From Kiritimatiellia bacterium (GTDB lineage Bacteria > Verrucomicrobiota > Kiritimatiellia > B70-G9): a DNA stretch of 34,417 bases. The notes beneath the pieces were generated by a model, which did not search any database, was not told the DNA's origin, and was given only the letters and a program-made list of their open reading frames with translations. The DNA is taken from assembly GCA_012961745.1 (NCBI GenBank), contig DTYT01000358.1, positions 1 to 34,417 of the forward strand, in the 5' to 3' direction. The translations under genes were made by a program, and so were the position numbers. Below are positions 7,693-15,940 of this stretch, piece after piece. Position 1 is the first letter of the stretch; the number at the start of each line of letters is the position of its first letter.

Positions 7693-8618
7693 ATGTTGTA
7701 ATAGGGATCAGATCGACGCGGTCCTTCCGGAGGCTCGCCGTAAGGCAGGGTCTTCTCTGCCAGTTCGCGCTGGCGGCGTTTTTTTTGCTCCTCCTCAGCA
7801 GGACTCAAGCCGATGAGCAACTGTTCACAATAGCGCATGAAAAGATTGGGATGCACCGGAGAAATTAGAACGGGATCCTGTCGGTCATACAGCTTGATTC
7901 TCAACAAACCTTTCACCGAACCGGCCGTGTAGAAACCGCTGGTAATGAGTTCACCTCTTTCTGCCAGATTTATCGACTCCATCTCGAAGAACGGCAATGG
8001 CATGATGTAAGTCCATCCTTCGATCAGAATTCCTTCTCCGCAGGCATGGTACATACGTGGAAAATAGAAAAGGGGCTGAATTTTGGAAACCAGCTCTTCA
8101 AAGAAAGTCATATCCACCCGGGGCCGCGCTGAAATATCCCATTCCACATCATCGAAGAGTGCCAAGTGGCGCCTTTTGCGCAACACCGCAATAATCAGCG
8201 TAATCACCAGCACACCCAAGGGAAAGGTTGAGAAATACGCGGCCACAACTCCTCCTCTCACAATCGGTGCGATTACATTGGTCAGAAATATACGCCCCGA
8301 CATGATGATGGAAAACAGCAGCGGCGCGACCAGATGGACAAATGGTGTCGAGACGTAATCCAACGTCAGGCTCGCCCAGATCACATATCCGAAATAGAGC
8401 CCCAGCAGGCAGAGCATCCAGATATAGCTGTCTGCGACAATCCATCCCGCCACCAGACGCCCCACAACGCTCGCGCTCCCCTCCCAAAGAACGGCCGCAA
8501 CAATCGGGGGAACAAACATCGCCCCCAGCAGACTCGTAACCGTCAATACCTCCAAATCCCACGGCCAACTTCGCGGTCTCCAACGTAATTCCACGTTCAC
8601 ACTGCCGCGCCCCCGCAT
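7689..8618 (-). CDS. hypothetical multi-pass membrane protein with a soluble C-terminal domain
   Basis: 309-aa ORF. About 4-5 hydrophobic helices lie in residues ~20-150. A ~130-aa beta-rich cytoplasmic segment (GILIEGWTYIMPLPFFEMESINL...GLLRIKLYDRQDPVLISPV) follows, then a charged tail. The architecture is reminiscent of membrane-anchored bacterial PH-like domains, but I cannot assign a family. Confidence 0.55.
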   Translation of the reverse strand: MRGRGSVNVELRWRPRSWPWDLEVLTVTSLLGAMFVPPIVAAVLWEGSASVVGRLVAGWIVADSYIWMLCLLGLYFGYVIWASLTLDYVSTPFVHLVAPLLFSIIMSGRIFLTNVIAPIVRGGVVAAYFSTFPLGVLVITLIIAVLRKRRHLALFDDVEWDISARPRVDMTFFEELVSKIQPLFYFPRMYHACGEGILIEGWTYIMPLPFFEMESINLAERGELITSGFYTAGSVKGLLRIKLYDRQDPVLISPVHPNLFMRYCEQLLIGLSPAEEEQKKRRQRELAEKTLPYGEPPEGPRRSDPYYNI

Positions 8619-8679
8619 CGGTATCGTCCTCCCAAACAGAAAACTACCCAGACTTGCTGGAACTGTGCACCCGTTTTCC

Positions 8680-9999
8680 TCAGAGACTTACGTACCACGC
8701 ACCCGCCTGGATAATCATTTCCTCCGAAAACCTATTCTTGATATCCACAACCACCTTCGCTCCCGTACGGTGAATCAGGTCCTCTTCGCGAATGTGTGCG
8801 AACGCGGCGTGAGCATTCACCAGTATCACCGCGTCACTCTGCGGAAGCTCCTCCAGGACAACTGGTTCCACCCCATATATCCTGCGCACCTCCTCGGCAT
8901 CCACCAGGGGCTCACACACCATGATCTGGCAGCCGAAATCCCGCAAGTACTCCGCCAGATCGACTGCCTTGCTGTTGCGCATGTCCCCGACGTCTTCTTT
9001 GAAGCTAAAGCCCAGCAACAGGACCCGGGCATCCCGTGGCAGGATGCCCGCATTATTCATGGCCCGGACTGTCATCTCCCCGACGTAGTGGGCCATCGAA
9101 TCGTTGATCCGCCGCCCGGCCAGAATAACCTCGGGGTGATAACCCAGAAGCATTGCCTTGTGAGTGAGGTAATAGGGGTCTACCCCGATACAGTGTCCCC
9201 CCACCAGACCGGGATGGTAACGGTGAAAATTCCACTTGGTCGCTGCAGCATCCAGTACCTCCCGGGTGCGCAATCCCATACGCGAAAAGATGCAGGCCAG
9301 CTCATTCATAAGAGCGATATTCAAATCTCGCTGGACATTCTCAATGACCTTCGCGGCCTCCGCAGTCTTGATGTTGCGCGCGCGGTGAATACCCGCCTTG
9401 ACGACCAGTCCATACAATGCCGCGCACCGCTCCAAGGCCCTCCCGTCGTGTCCACTGACTATCTTGACCACGCTCTCCAGCGTGTGGGTCCGATCACCGG
9501 GATTTATACGTTCCGGAGAGTAGGCCAGATCAAATTGCCCCAATCTCAGCCCGGATACATCCTCAAGTATCGGGAGACAAATTTCCTCCGTGACACCGGG
9601 GTAGACCGTACTCTCGTATACCACCATCATGCCCGGCTGGAGAATGCCACCAACCTTCTGGCTCGCAACCTTCAATGCACTCAGGTCCGGAGAGTTCGAG
9701 CCGCTCACCGGAGTGGGAACCGCCACAACGAGCGTGCTGCAGTGCCGGAGCCCGTCGATATCCGCGCAGAACTCCAAACCCGCCTGCAATAAGTCGACCC
9801 GCGGTATCTCTCCCCTACGGTCGAAACCCCTCGACAGATCGGAGACCCTATCCTGGCAGGCATCATACCCATACACGCGTACGCGACGCGCGAAAGTAAC
9901 CGCAAGAGGTAGCCCTACGTAACCCAGCCCTACCACACCGACCACCTCATCCTCCGGCCGCACAGGTCTTATCGTCTTGTCTGCATCTCCAGTCTTCAT
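8680..9999 (-). CDS. nucleotide-sugar dehydrogenase (UDP-N-acetyl-hexosamine dehydrogenase, TviB/WecC/Cap5O-like)
   Basis: It has the Rossmann motif VGVVGLGYVGLPLAVTFA, the catalytic region GGHCIGVDPYYL, and a C-terminal UDP-binding domain LLGFSFKEDVGDMRNS. I prefer the start at ATG 9999, which overlaps the sppA stop (ATGA at 9996-9999). The track's longer 10173 start lies inside sppA. Confidence 0.88.
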   Translation of the reverse strand: MKTGDADKTIRPVRPEDEVVGVVGLGYVGLPLAVTFARRVRVYGYDACQDRVSDLSRGFDRRGEIPRVDLLQAGLEFCADIDGLRHCSTLVVAVPTPVSGSNSPDLSALKVASQKVGGILQPGMMVVYESTVYPGVTEEICLPILEDVSGLRLGQFDLAYSPERINPGDRTHTLESVVKIVSGHDGRALERCAALYGLVVKAGIHRARNIKTAEAAKVIENVQRDLNIALMNELACIFSRMGLRTREVLDAAATKWNFHRYHPGLVGGHCIGVDPYYLTHKAMLLGYHPEVILAGRRINDSMAHYVGEMTVRAMNNAGILPRDARVLLLGFSFKEDVGDMRNSKAVDLAEYLRDFGCQIMVCEPLVDAEEVRRIYGVEPVVLEELPQSDAVILVNAHAAFAHIREEDLIHRTGAKVVVDIKNRFSEEMIIQAGAWYVSL

Positions 10000-11042
10000 G
10001 GCCTCCAAAGAAACAGGAGCCGCGGTTCGCGCGTAAATTCCACCGACGAGAAAGGCAAGCCCCTGCCGGCAGCGGCCAGCAACTGCAAAAGGCCCCCACT
10101 CCCCTCGTACCTGATCACCTTCAACCCTTCGATTCCCAGCAGTTCCCTCAAGCGTCTGGCTGCCAGCGGCCAATACCCAACTTCGTCCACCAGCCCGAGC
10201 TCCTCCGCGCGACGAGCAGTCACAATCCGTCCATCGGCGATCCGTGCCACCCGGGCTAGCTCCAGCTTTCTGCCTACGGCAACGTGTCGAACAAACATCT
10301 CGTGCGCAGAGTCCACCACCGCCTGCAGCATCTGCAACTCTTCCGGACTTACCCCCCGGAATGGATTAAGCAAGTCTTTATATCGGCCCGATTTGACCGT
10401 CACGTCGGTCACGCCGATCTTCTCGCCGAGTTGACTCCAGTTGAGTGCCGATAGCAGAACCCCAATCGATCCTACCAGCGATCCCGGCTGCGCCACGATC
10501 CAGTCAGCCTCCGAGGCAATATAGTACGCACCTGAGGCCGCCAGTCCCCGTACCCACACCACCACTTTCCTCCGCCCATCCTCCCGAAACCGATGAAGCT
10601 GCTCGCGAATTTCATCACACGCCGAAACCGAGCCGCCGGGCGACTGGACTTCCAGCAACATGCCACGCACAGCCACATCCGCCGCCGCGGCCCTGATTTG
10701 CCGCAGGACAGCCTCCACACGATCGAACTGCGGCACCAGCAACCCCGATTTCCGCTCGTGGATGATCAGCCCCTCCAGCGGAAGACGGACGGCTTTTGCA
10801 GTTCCGGATCCGTACGACCACCGCTCCCTGAGTCGCGGACGTTCATCCTCGGGGTAGCCACCGGCCCTCAGCTTCCAATCACTTCCGAATACAACACTGA
10901 GAAGGCCGATTCCCAGAATCCCCAGCATGGCGAAGGCCGCCACTCCCACCAGAAGCATGACAAGGCATGCCTTCCGGCAGCCGCTCTGCCCGCCCTGGTC
11001 CTTTCCGACGGTCCTCTCCTGCAGCGCCAATCTGTCCTCCAC
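9996..11042 (-). CDS. sppA: signal peptide peptidase SppA, 36K type (S49 family)
   Basis: It has an N-terminal TM helix (LVMLLVGVAAFAMLGILGIGLL), the S49 core LLEVQSPGGSVSACDEI...ASGAYYIASEAD...GSIGV, and KSGRYKDLLNPFR. The start is uncertain: GTG 11042, in-frame TTG 11030 (preceded by GGAGGA) or ATG 10958. Confidence 0.88.
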   Translation of the reverse strand: MEDRLALQERTVGKDQGGQSGCRKACLVMLLVGVAAFAMLGILGIGLLSVVFGSDWKLRAGGYPEDERPRLRERWSYGSGTAKAVRLPLEGLIIHERKSGLLVPQFDRVEAVLRQIRAAAADVAVRGMLLEVQSPGGSVSACDEIREQLHRFREDGRRKVVVWVRGLAASGAYYIASEADWIVAQPGSLVGSIGVLLSALNWSQLGEKIGVTDVTVKSGRYKDLLNPFRGVSPEELQMLQAVVDSAHEMFVRHVAVGRKLELARVARIADGRIVTARRAEELGLVDEVGYWPLAARRLRELLGIEGLKVIRYEGSGGLLQLLAAAGRGLPFSSVEFTREPRLLFLWRP

Positions 11043-11465
11043 CGTTACCCCGCCAGCAGTGCAAGATCATATTTTATCCGCAAGCACTCGGAAAGTCCTA
11101 AGCGTGTTTTTTGACCTGGGAATACCGACTCTGCTGCGGGAGCATACATCTTTAGCGACCCTTCGAGTTCTGCTGAGCAGCCGGGAGCCGAAGATAATGT
11201 CCCTCTACCTGCTCAAAGCATCATGGGGCCAGACCAACAGCGTGTCTCCCCGATAACCGGCCGTATCCGACGGGGAGGAACCCGGATGCCCGGACGGCTC
11301 AATTCCCTGGTCCTCGTCAGCGGCGCTGTGCCCGCCCGAACCGACCAGGAAAAGGCCTGTCTCGGTAGATTCCGGGGCGCGGAGGTTCCGTCCGGTGCGA
11401 GCCCGGAAACGAATACGCCGCGGCCCGGGGAGGAGTTTGCCCATCTCCAGTCACTAGGAGACACC

Positions 11466-12788
11466 CTATCGTAACCCCGCCCGCTCGAAAAGTAAGCGCC
11501 GCTGGACGGTGACGTCACGCTCGAGGCGATCCTCATCGATCGTTAGGAGCCTACCATCCCGATAGAGAACCTTTCCGTTTACCATGGTGAGGCATACATC
11601 TTCAGAATTGTGTCCATAGACCACCCGACTGGCTGGCTCCTCTGTCGGAACCGCCTGCCAACTCCTTTCCAACATGATCAGATTGGCCCTCATACCCGGA
11701 CGCAGGACTCCGATTTCATGATCCCATCTCAGCGTTATTGCCCCGCCTATAATGGCCATTTCAACGATCTTCCGGGCTGGCAAGGCCGACGGCCCTGAAC
11801 GGATCTTCTGAAGAAGGGCGGCGGCCCGCATTTCGGTAAACGCATCCAAGCGGTTGTTACATGGAGCACCATCGGCTCCCAGCGAGACTATCAGTCCCCG
11901 CTCGACATATTCGGTGATCGGTGCGATCCCTGACCCCAGCTTGAGATTGGCGGAAGGGCAATGAATCACCCGTGTGTTGGTCTCCGCCATTCTCTGCATC
12001 TCTTGCGGTTCCACATGAACGCAATGGACCAGACACACGTCCGGCCCCAGAATTCCCAGCTCATCGAGAAATTCTACGTTACTGTAACCCGTCCGTCGTT
12101 GGACCTCCTCGACTTCATCCCGTTGTTCCGACGCATGCGTGTGTAGAAGAAGATGATTCTCACGGGCGAACTTAGCCACTTCCTTCAGACTCTGCGGGGT
12201 TGAACTGAGGGCGAAGCGCGGAGCAATCGCCAGCCGCAGATCAGGATGCCCTCCCCACCGCCGCAGTATGCGCTCACACGCCCGGAACGAGTCCGCCAAC
12301 GGTACGGCCAGCGGGGCATATCCCCCGCTGTTGTCCATGAAGCAATGCGAAATGTGTCCCATTAGCCCTACTTCCGCAACTGCCTCAAACGCCACCTCGG
12401 TTCCTCGGACCGTCTCAAAGGTCATCACCGTAGTCGTACCGCTGCGAATCAGAGCCGCGCAGGCCAGTAATGCCGATACCCGCAAACTTTCATGGTCATG
12501 TGCGGCTTCCAGAGGCCAGATATAGTCCCTGAGCCATCTCAAGAGGGGTAAATCCTCGGCGGCACCGCGCATCAGCGTCTGGCAGAGATGGACGTGGGTC
12601 TGAACCAAACCCGGCATCACCAGCCGTCCTTCGGCATCAATAACATCTGCACTGGCCCGATCTTCGGGAGCTACCGCGCCGAGCTTACGGATTACTCCGT
12701 CCTCGACCAGAATCGATCCGTTCAGAACCGTGTCTGCGGCCGGATTCGGCCATATCCGCGCGTTGCGGATCAAAATTTTTTTCGTCAT
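11466..12788 (-). CDS. amidohydrolase, 5-methylthioadenosine/S-adenosylhomocysteine deaminase (MtaD)/chlorohydrolase-like
   Basis: 440 aa with the metal-binding motifs PGLVQTHVHLCQ, HTHASEQ, VHCVH and SLGADGAPCNN. The overall pattern fits the ATZ/TRZ-MtaD branch of the amidohydrolase superfamily. Substrate cannot be assigned from sequence alone. Confidence 0.85.
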   Translation of the reverse strand: MTKKILIRNARIWPNPAADTVLNGSILVEDGVIRKLGAVAPEDRASADVIDAEGRLVMPGLVQTHVHLCQTLMRGAAEDLPLLRWLRDYIWPLEAAHDHESLRVSALLACAALIRSGTTTVMTFETVRGTEVAFEAVAEVGLMGHISHCFMDNSGGYAPLAVPLADSFRACERILRRWGGHPDLRLAIAPRFALSSTPQSLKEVAKFARENHLLLHTHASEQRDEVEEVQRRTGYSNVEFLDELGILGPDVCLVHCVHVEPQEMQRMAETNTRVIHCPSANLKLGSGIAPITEYVERGLIVSLGADGAPCNNRLDAFTEMRAAALLQKIRSGPSALPARKIVEMAIIGGAITLRWDHEIGVLRPGMRANLIMLERSWQAVPTEEPASRVVYGHNSEDVCLTMVNGKVLYRDGRLLTIDEDRLERDVTVQRRLLFERAGLR

Positions 12789-12872
12789 CGCCCAGCCTCG
12801 TGCAGCTCACGCAATGATCACCGAGTTGCTTGTTCTGCTCAAGCGCTTTATCGCCTTCCCGCTGCACCAGAC

Positions 12873-12902
12873 TTGAAGGCAACCCGCCGAAGCGGGTAAT
12901 CT
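12873..12902 (+). promoter_or_regulatory. candidate promoter for the GT2/UbiA gene pair
   Basis: TTGAAG (12873-12878), an 18-bp spacer, then TAATCT (12897-12902). It would give a very short leader before ATG 12910, and no obvious SD is present. Confidence 0.3.
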
Positions 12903-12909
12903 GACGTAA

Positions 12910-13680
12910 ATGCCCGAGGTTCTCATAGCCATTCCGACTTACAATGAACGTGATAACGTCACCCGTATCGCAGAGGTAATCCTGCGGGAGGTCCCTCAAA
13001 GCGAGATCCTTTTCGTGGATGACAATTCACCTGATGGAACCGGGCAGATCATCCAGCGGATGTCTGCAGACGACCCCCGGATCCACAGTATTCATCGTGA
13101 AAGCAAACAGGGTCTGGGCAGGGCGTATGTGAATGCATTCAAGTGGGCTCTCCAAAAGGACTATCAATATATCTTTGAGATGGATGCCGACTTCTCCCAC
13201 GATCCTACCGAAATCCCCCGCTTCCTGGAGGCCGCGCGCTGCGCAGATGTCGTCTTGGGTTCACGCTACATCGGCGGCGTTCGCGTGATCAACTGGCCCC
13301 TCAACCGACTAATACTCAGCCGGGCCGCAGGCAGTTACGTGCGCCTTATCACCGGGATGCCCTTTACGGACCCGACCAGCGGATACAAGTGTTACCGGCG
13401 TGCCGTACTGGAGGAAATCCCCCTTGATCGCATCAGTTCGAACGGCTACGCCTTTCAGATTGAGACGATCCACTACGCCTGGCGCCTGGGCTTCCGGGTG
13501 GTGGAAATCCCCATCGTCTTTGTGGAGCGTCGCGCCGGATCATCAAAAATGAGTCGAAGCATTGTTCTGGAAGCGCTGCGGATGGTCTGGCAGCTCTTGA
13601 TTCAAAACCGCCTCCGCCGCCGGCCATCCGGAATCAATCCCCGTAGCATCGCAGTTGCTGGAAAGGACTCCAAGCCATGA
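12910..13680 (+). CDS. polyprenol monophosphomannose synthase / dolichyl-phosphate mannosyltransferase-like GT2 glycosyltransferase
   Basis: IAIPTYNERDNV, FVDDNSPDGTG, MDADFSHDP, GSRY, TDPTSGYKCYRR and NGYAFQIE form the characteristic Ppm1/DPM1-type GT2 pattern. Confidence 0.88.
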   Translation: MPEVLIAIPTYNERDNVTRIAEVILREVPQSEILFVDDNSPDGTGQIIQRMSADDPRIHSIHRESKQGLGRAYVNAFKWALQKDYQYIFEMDADFSHDPTEIPRFLEAARCADVVLGSRYIGGVRVINWPLNRLILSRAAGSYVRLITGMPFTDPTSGYKCYRRAVLEEIPLDRISSNGYAFQIETIHYAWRLGFRVVEIPIVFVERRAGSSKMSRSIVLEALRMVWQLLIQNRLRRRPSGINPRSIAVAGKDSKP

Positions 13681-14591
13681 AACGAATCTCTGCCCTGATC
13701 AGGACTATGCGGCCGGCGCAGTGGAGTAAGAACATCGTCGTGCTGGCCCCGTTTATCTTCGCCATCGGAGATAGAACCCAGCAACTGGGACTGGCCAGCA
13801 TGTGGAAAGTCTTGCTCGCGGCGGTGGCATTCTGTCTGCTTTCCAGTTCAGTCTACATTTTCAACGACATCCGTGACCGGGAAATGGACCGCAGCCATCC
13901 TTTCAAACGCTACCGTCCCATCCCGGCCGGCGAACTCCCTATTCTGACGGCCGTCGTGTTCGGATTGCTTCTGGCGGTTCTGTCCCTCACCACTTTCTTC
14001 CGGATCAACACCGGGGCATTTATCTTTGCAGCGTCATACCTGGCCGTCCAATGCATTTATATCCCGCTGCTTAAAAACGTACCGCTTCTCGACCTCCTGG
14101 TGATCTCGATAGGCTTCGTTCTGAGGGCTACGACCGGCGCGGCGGCGGCGGGGGCTGCGATTTCGCCGTGGCTGCTGCTGTGCGCATTCTGGCTCGCCCT
14201 TTTCCTCGTCCTTTGTAAGCGGCGCCACGAGAAAACTTCGCTTGACCATCTCAGGGGCGCTACCCGCCCGGCCCTCGCTAAGTATGATATTGCTCTTCTC
14301 GACCAGCTGATCGCGGTCATCGCCGCGGTAACTATTGTCTCCTACGCGCTCTACACCCTATGGCCGGATACCGTATCCAAGTTCGGCTCCCGGGCACTGG
14401 TGCTAACCATCCCCTACGTCGTTTTCGGCATCTTCCGCTACATGGACCTCGTCTACCGCCACGAGCTGGGCGACCGTCCGGAAAAGGTGCTGCTTACGGA
14501 TACGCCCATCCTGCTCAACGTGCTCCTCTACGGGCTGACCGTCGTCGCTCTCCTGATCTGTATAGGACCCCGGTTTTCGTTCCCCTTTTGA
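13677..14591 (+). CDS. decaprenyl-phosphate phosphoribosyltransferase-like UbiA-family prenyl-phosphate glycosyl (phosphoribosyl) transferase
   Basis: RPAQWSKNIVVLAPF and YIFNDIRDREMDRSHPFKRYRPIPAG match the signature of the DPPR synthase (mycobacterial Rv3806c-type) clade, recalled as RP.QW.KN / ND..D...DR.HP.KR.RPI..G. It has about 8 TM helices. ATGA start/stop overlap with the preceding GT2 gene. Confidence 0.85.
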   Translation: MKRISALIRTMRPAQWSKNIVVLAPFIFAIGDRTQQLGLASMWKVLLAAVAFCLLSSSVYIFNDIRDREMDRSHPFKRYRPIPAGELPILTAVVFGLLLAVLSLTTFFRINTGAFIFAASYLAVQCIYIPLLKNVPLLDLLVISIGFVLRATTGAAAAGAAISPWLLLCAFWLALFLVLCKRRHEKTSLDHLRGATRPALAKYDIALLDQLIAVIAAVTIVSYALYTLWPDTVSKFGSRALVLTIPYVVFGIFRYMDLVYRHELGDRPEKVLLTDTPILLNVLLYGLTVVALLICIGPRFSFPF

Positions 14592-15018
14592 TCCGGCCGT
14601 GGACCGCCCCGCCCAACGCGAACCAACACCTGGGACACCCAACCGTGTGCTCACAAGCCCCGTGATCCCCACCACCCGACCTAATGCGCTGTTTTTCAAT
14701 CGGGTGCGGGACGGCGGGGGAATGCACTCCCACCCCCGATTCGCTCAAGTGCCATAAGTCTGACCGCAAGTCGCGGTCGTCGGTGCCACCGAGCATCCTC
14801 CAAGTAGTAATCTATATACATGCCAGAGGCTGACCATGGGGGACTTTTCTACTGCAACAGGTCAGGTGCGTTTCTGCCCGCTATGTGCACAAGTCGTCTC
14901 TTCCTGTTCAGACAGTTCGGGGGAGAAGCAATCCAGAGAACCAGACGATCATTCCCGGAAGAACGCGGATGGCCTTGCGAACTGGAAATAATAACCCGCA
15001 TACTTTCATCCGGGCGGT

Positions 15019-15777
15019 GTGCTTGGCGGTCAAATTGCGCACCGTCTTCACCCCATTCGGGGGGAGAGACACGACCATGAACCTGTATTTGGAGCCGCGT
15101 TTGAGCCGATACTAAAGTCCGGCAAGCAGTTCATTACCGATACATACGAGGCGCCCAGATTGCTCTTCCCCCCTATGCGTTGCACATCTTCGCGAGGTCG
15201 GCAACACAGCGACGCGGCATTCTGCTACCCCCTGCTATACGGTTTTCCCGGTCCTCTGCTCTGCCTCCGCCTATTACCGGCTGTCATTCTCCTGCGGATT
15301 GAAGTCGACGTATTGCCTGCAAACACCAACCCCCTGGGAACCGTTCTTGGGGCGACGACACGTGGGTGCCGGTTCGCTCGCCGGTCGCATTTCTCGCCGC
15401 CGCGGCATGCGTCACATGGGTCGTCGAAGGCGGGTTGTCGGCACAACCACGCTGCTCGACCCGACCTGGTCCAAGCCCCCGTCCTTTCCCGTCGCCTACT
15501 TTGCCCTCCGATGCGTGTAAAGCTCGATGAAGAGGATATCTGCCGAGAGTATCAACTCGTTATCAGTACTACGTTTGGCGTCGTCCCGGCGGTTGAGTAT
15601 CCAAGTCTGCCGATCATTTTCGCGCACAGTTTGTACTTCGCGACCTCAGTTCGTCACCCTGTCACTATCCGCCGCAACACAAGGACTGGCCTGAACCCGT
15701 CGTCCCCCCTCGACCCTCACAGGCTTGTACCAAAGCATAATAGATCATCTAAGCCCCCACCAACGCGCTGCGAATGA
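15019..15777 (+). CDS. questionable ORF (hypothetical protein?) inside the 1.35 kb gap; more likely non-coding
   Basis: This is the only long ORF in 14592-15940 (GTG start, 252 aa). The product is R/P/L/H/C-rich with no motif I recognise and no SD. By hand count, GC at third positions is 33/60 in the first 60 codons, against 39/60 for metY. Four other frames are open across the same stretch. A gene caller might predict it, so it is listed only for that reason. Confidence 0.2.
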   Translation: MLGGQIAHRLHPIRGERHDHEPVFGAAFEPILKSGKQFITDTYEAPRLLFPPMRCTSSRGRQHSDAAFCYPLLYGFPGPLLCLRLLPAVILLRIEVDVLPANTNPLGTVLGATTRGCRFARRSHFSPPRHASHGSSKAGCRHNHAARPDLVQAPVLSRRLLCPPMRVKLDEEDICREYQLVISTTFGVVPAVEYPSLPIIFAHSLYFATSVRHPVTIRRNTRTGLNPSSPLDPHRLVPKHNRSSKPPPTRCE

Positions 15778-15940
15778 CAACACCCTCAAAAGCATGCCCG
15801 GCTATCCGGCGTGGTACATCCCGGCGTGCTCGGCTACCGCCGGTCCTGCTAGGGTGGATCAAGTCACTTTGGATCCGGAATCAGGTGCTGAGCACGGCCT
15901 TCGAAATCGAGGTCGCTGTCCTTCTCCACCACCCGGAGTG

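Noticed and set aside
8665-9792. 375-aa plus-strand ORF
   Set aside because: It is fully antisense to the nucleotide-sugar dehydrogenase gene, which has clear Rossmann and catalytic motifs. The product is His/Arg/Gln/Pro-rich and not protein-like.
11089-11098. CGGAAAGTCC string resembling the RNase P RNA P4 motif (GAGGAAAGUCCGGGC)
   Set aside because: It is only a 9-nt partial match. The other universally conserved RNase P blocks (for example the ACAGAA.CCGGCUUA-type 3' P4 strand) are absent from the surrounding 420 bp on either strand.
11205-11444. 79-aa minus-strand ORF in the amidohydrolase-sppA spacer
   Set aside because: The product is Arg/Pro/Gly-rich (MGKLLPGPRRIRFRARTGRNLRAP...). 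The GGAG abuts the ATG directly with no spacer. I recognise no family, and it overlaps other equally poor ORFs.
15868-15936. 22-codon ORF immediately downstream of ruvC (VVEKDSDLDFEGRAQHLIPDPK), considered as a remnant of ruvA
   Set aside because: It has no similarity to the RuvA N-terminus (MI..L.G.....v.i.v.GvGY.v) and is too short to evaluate.
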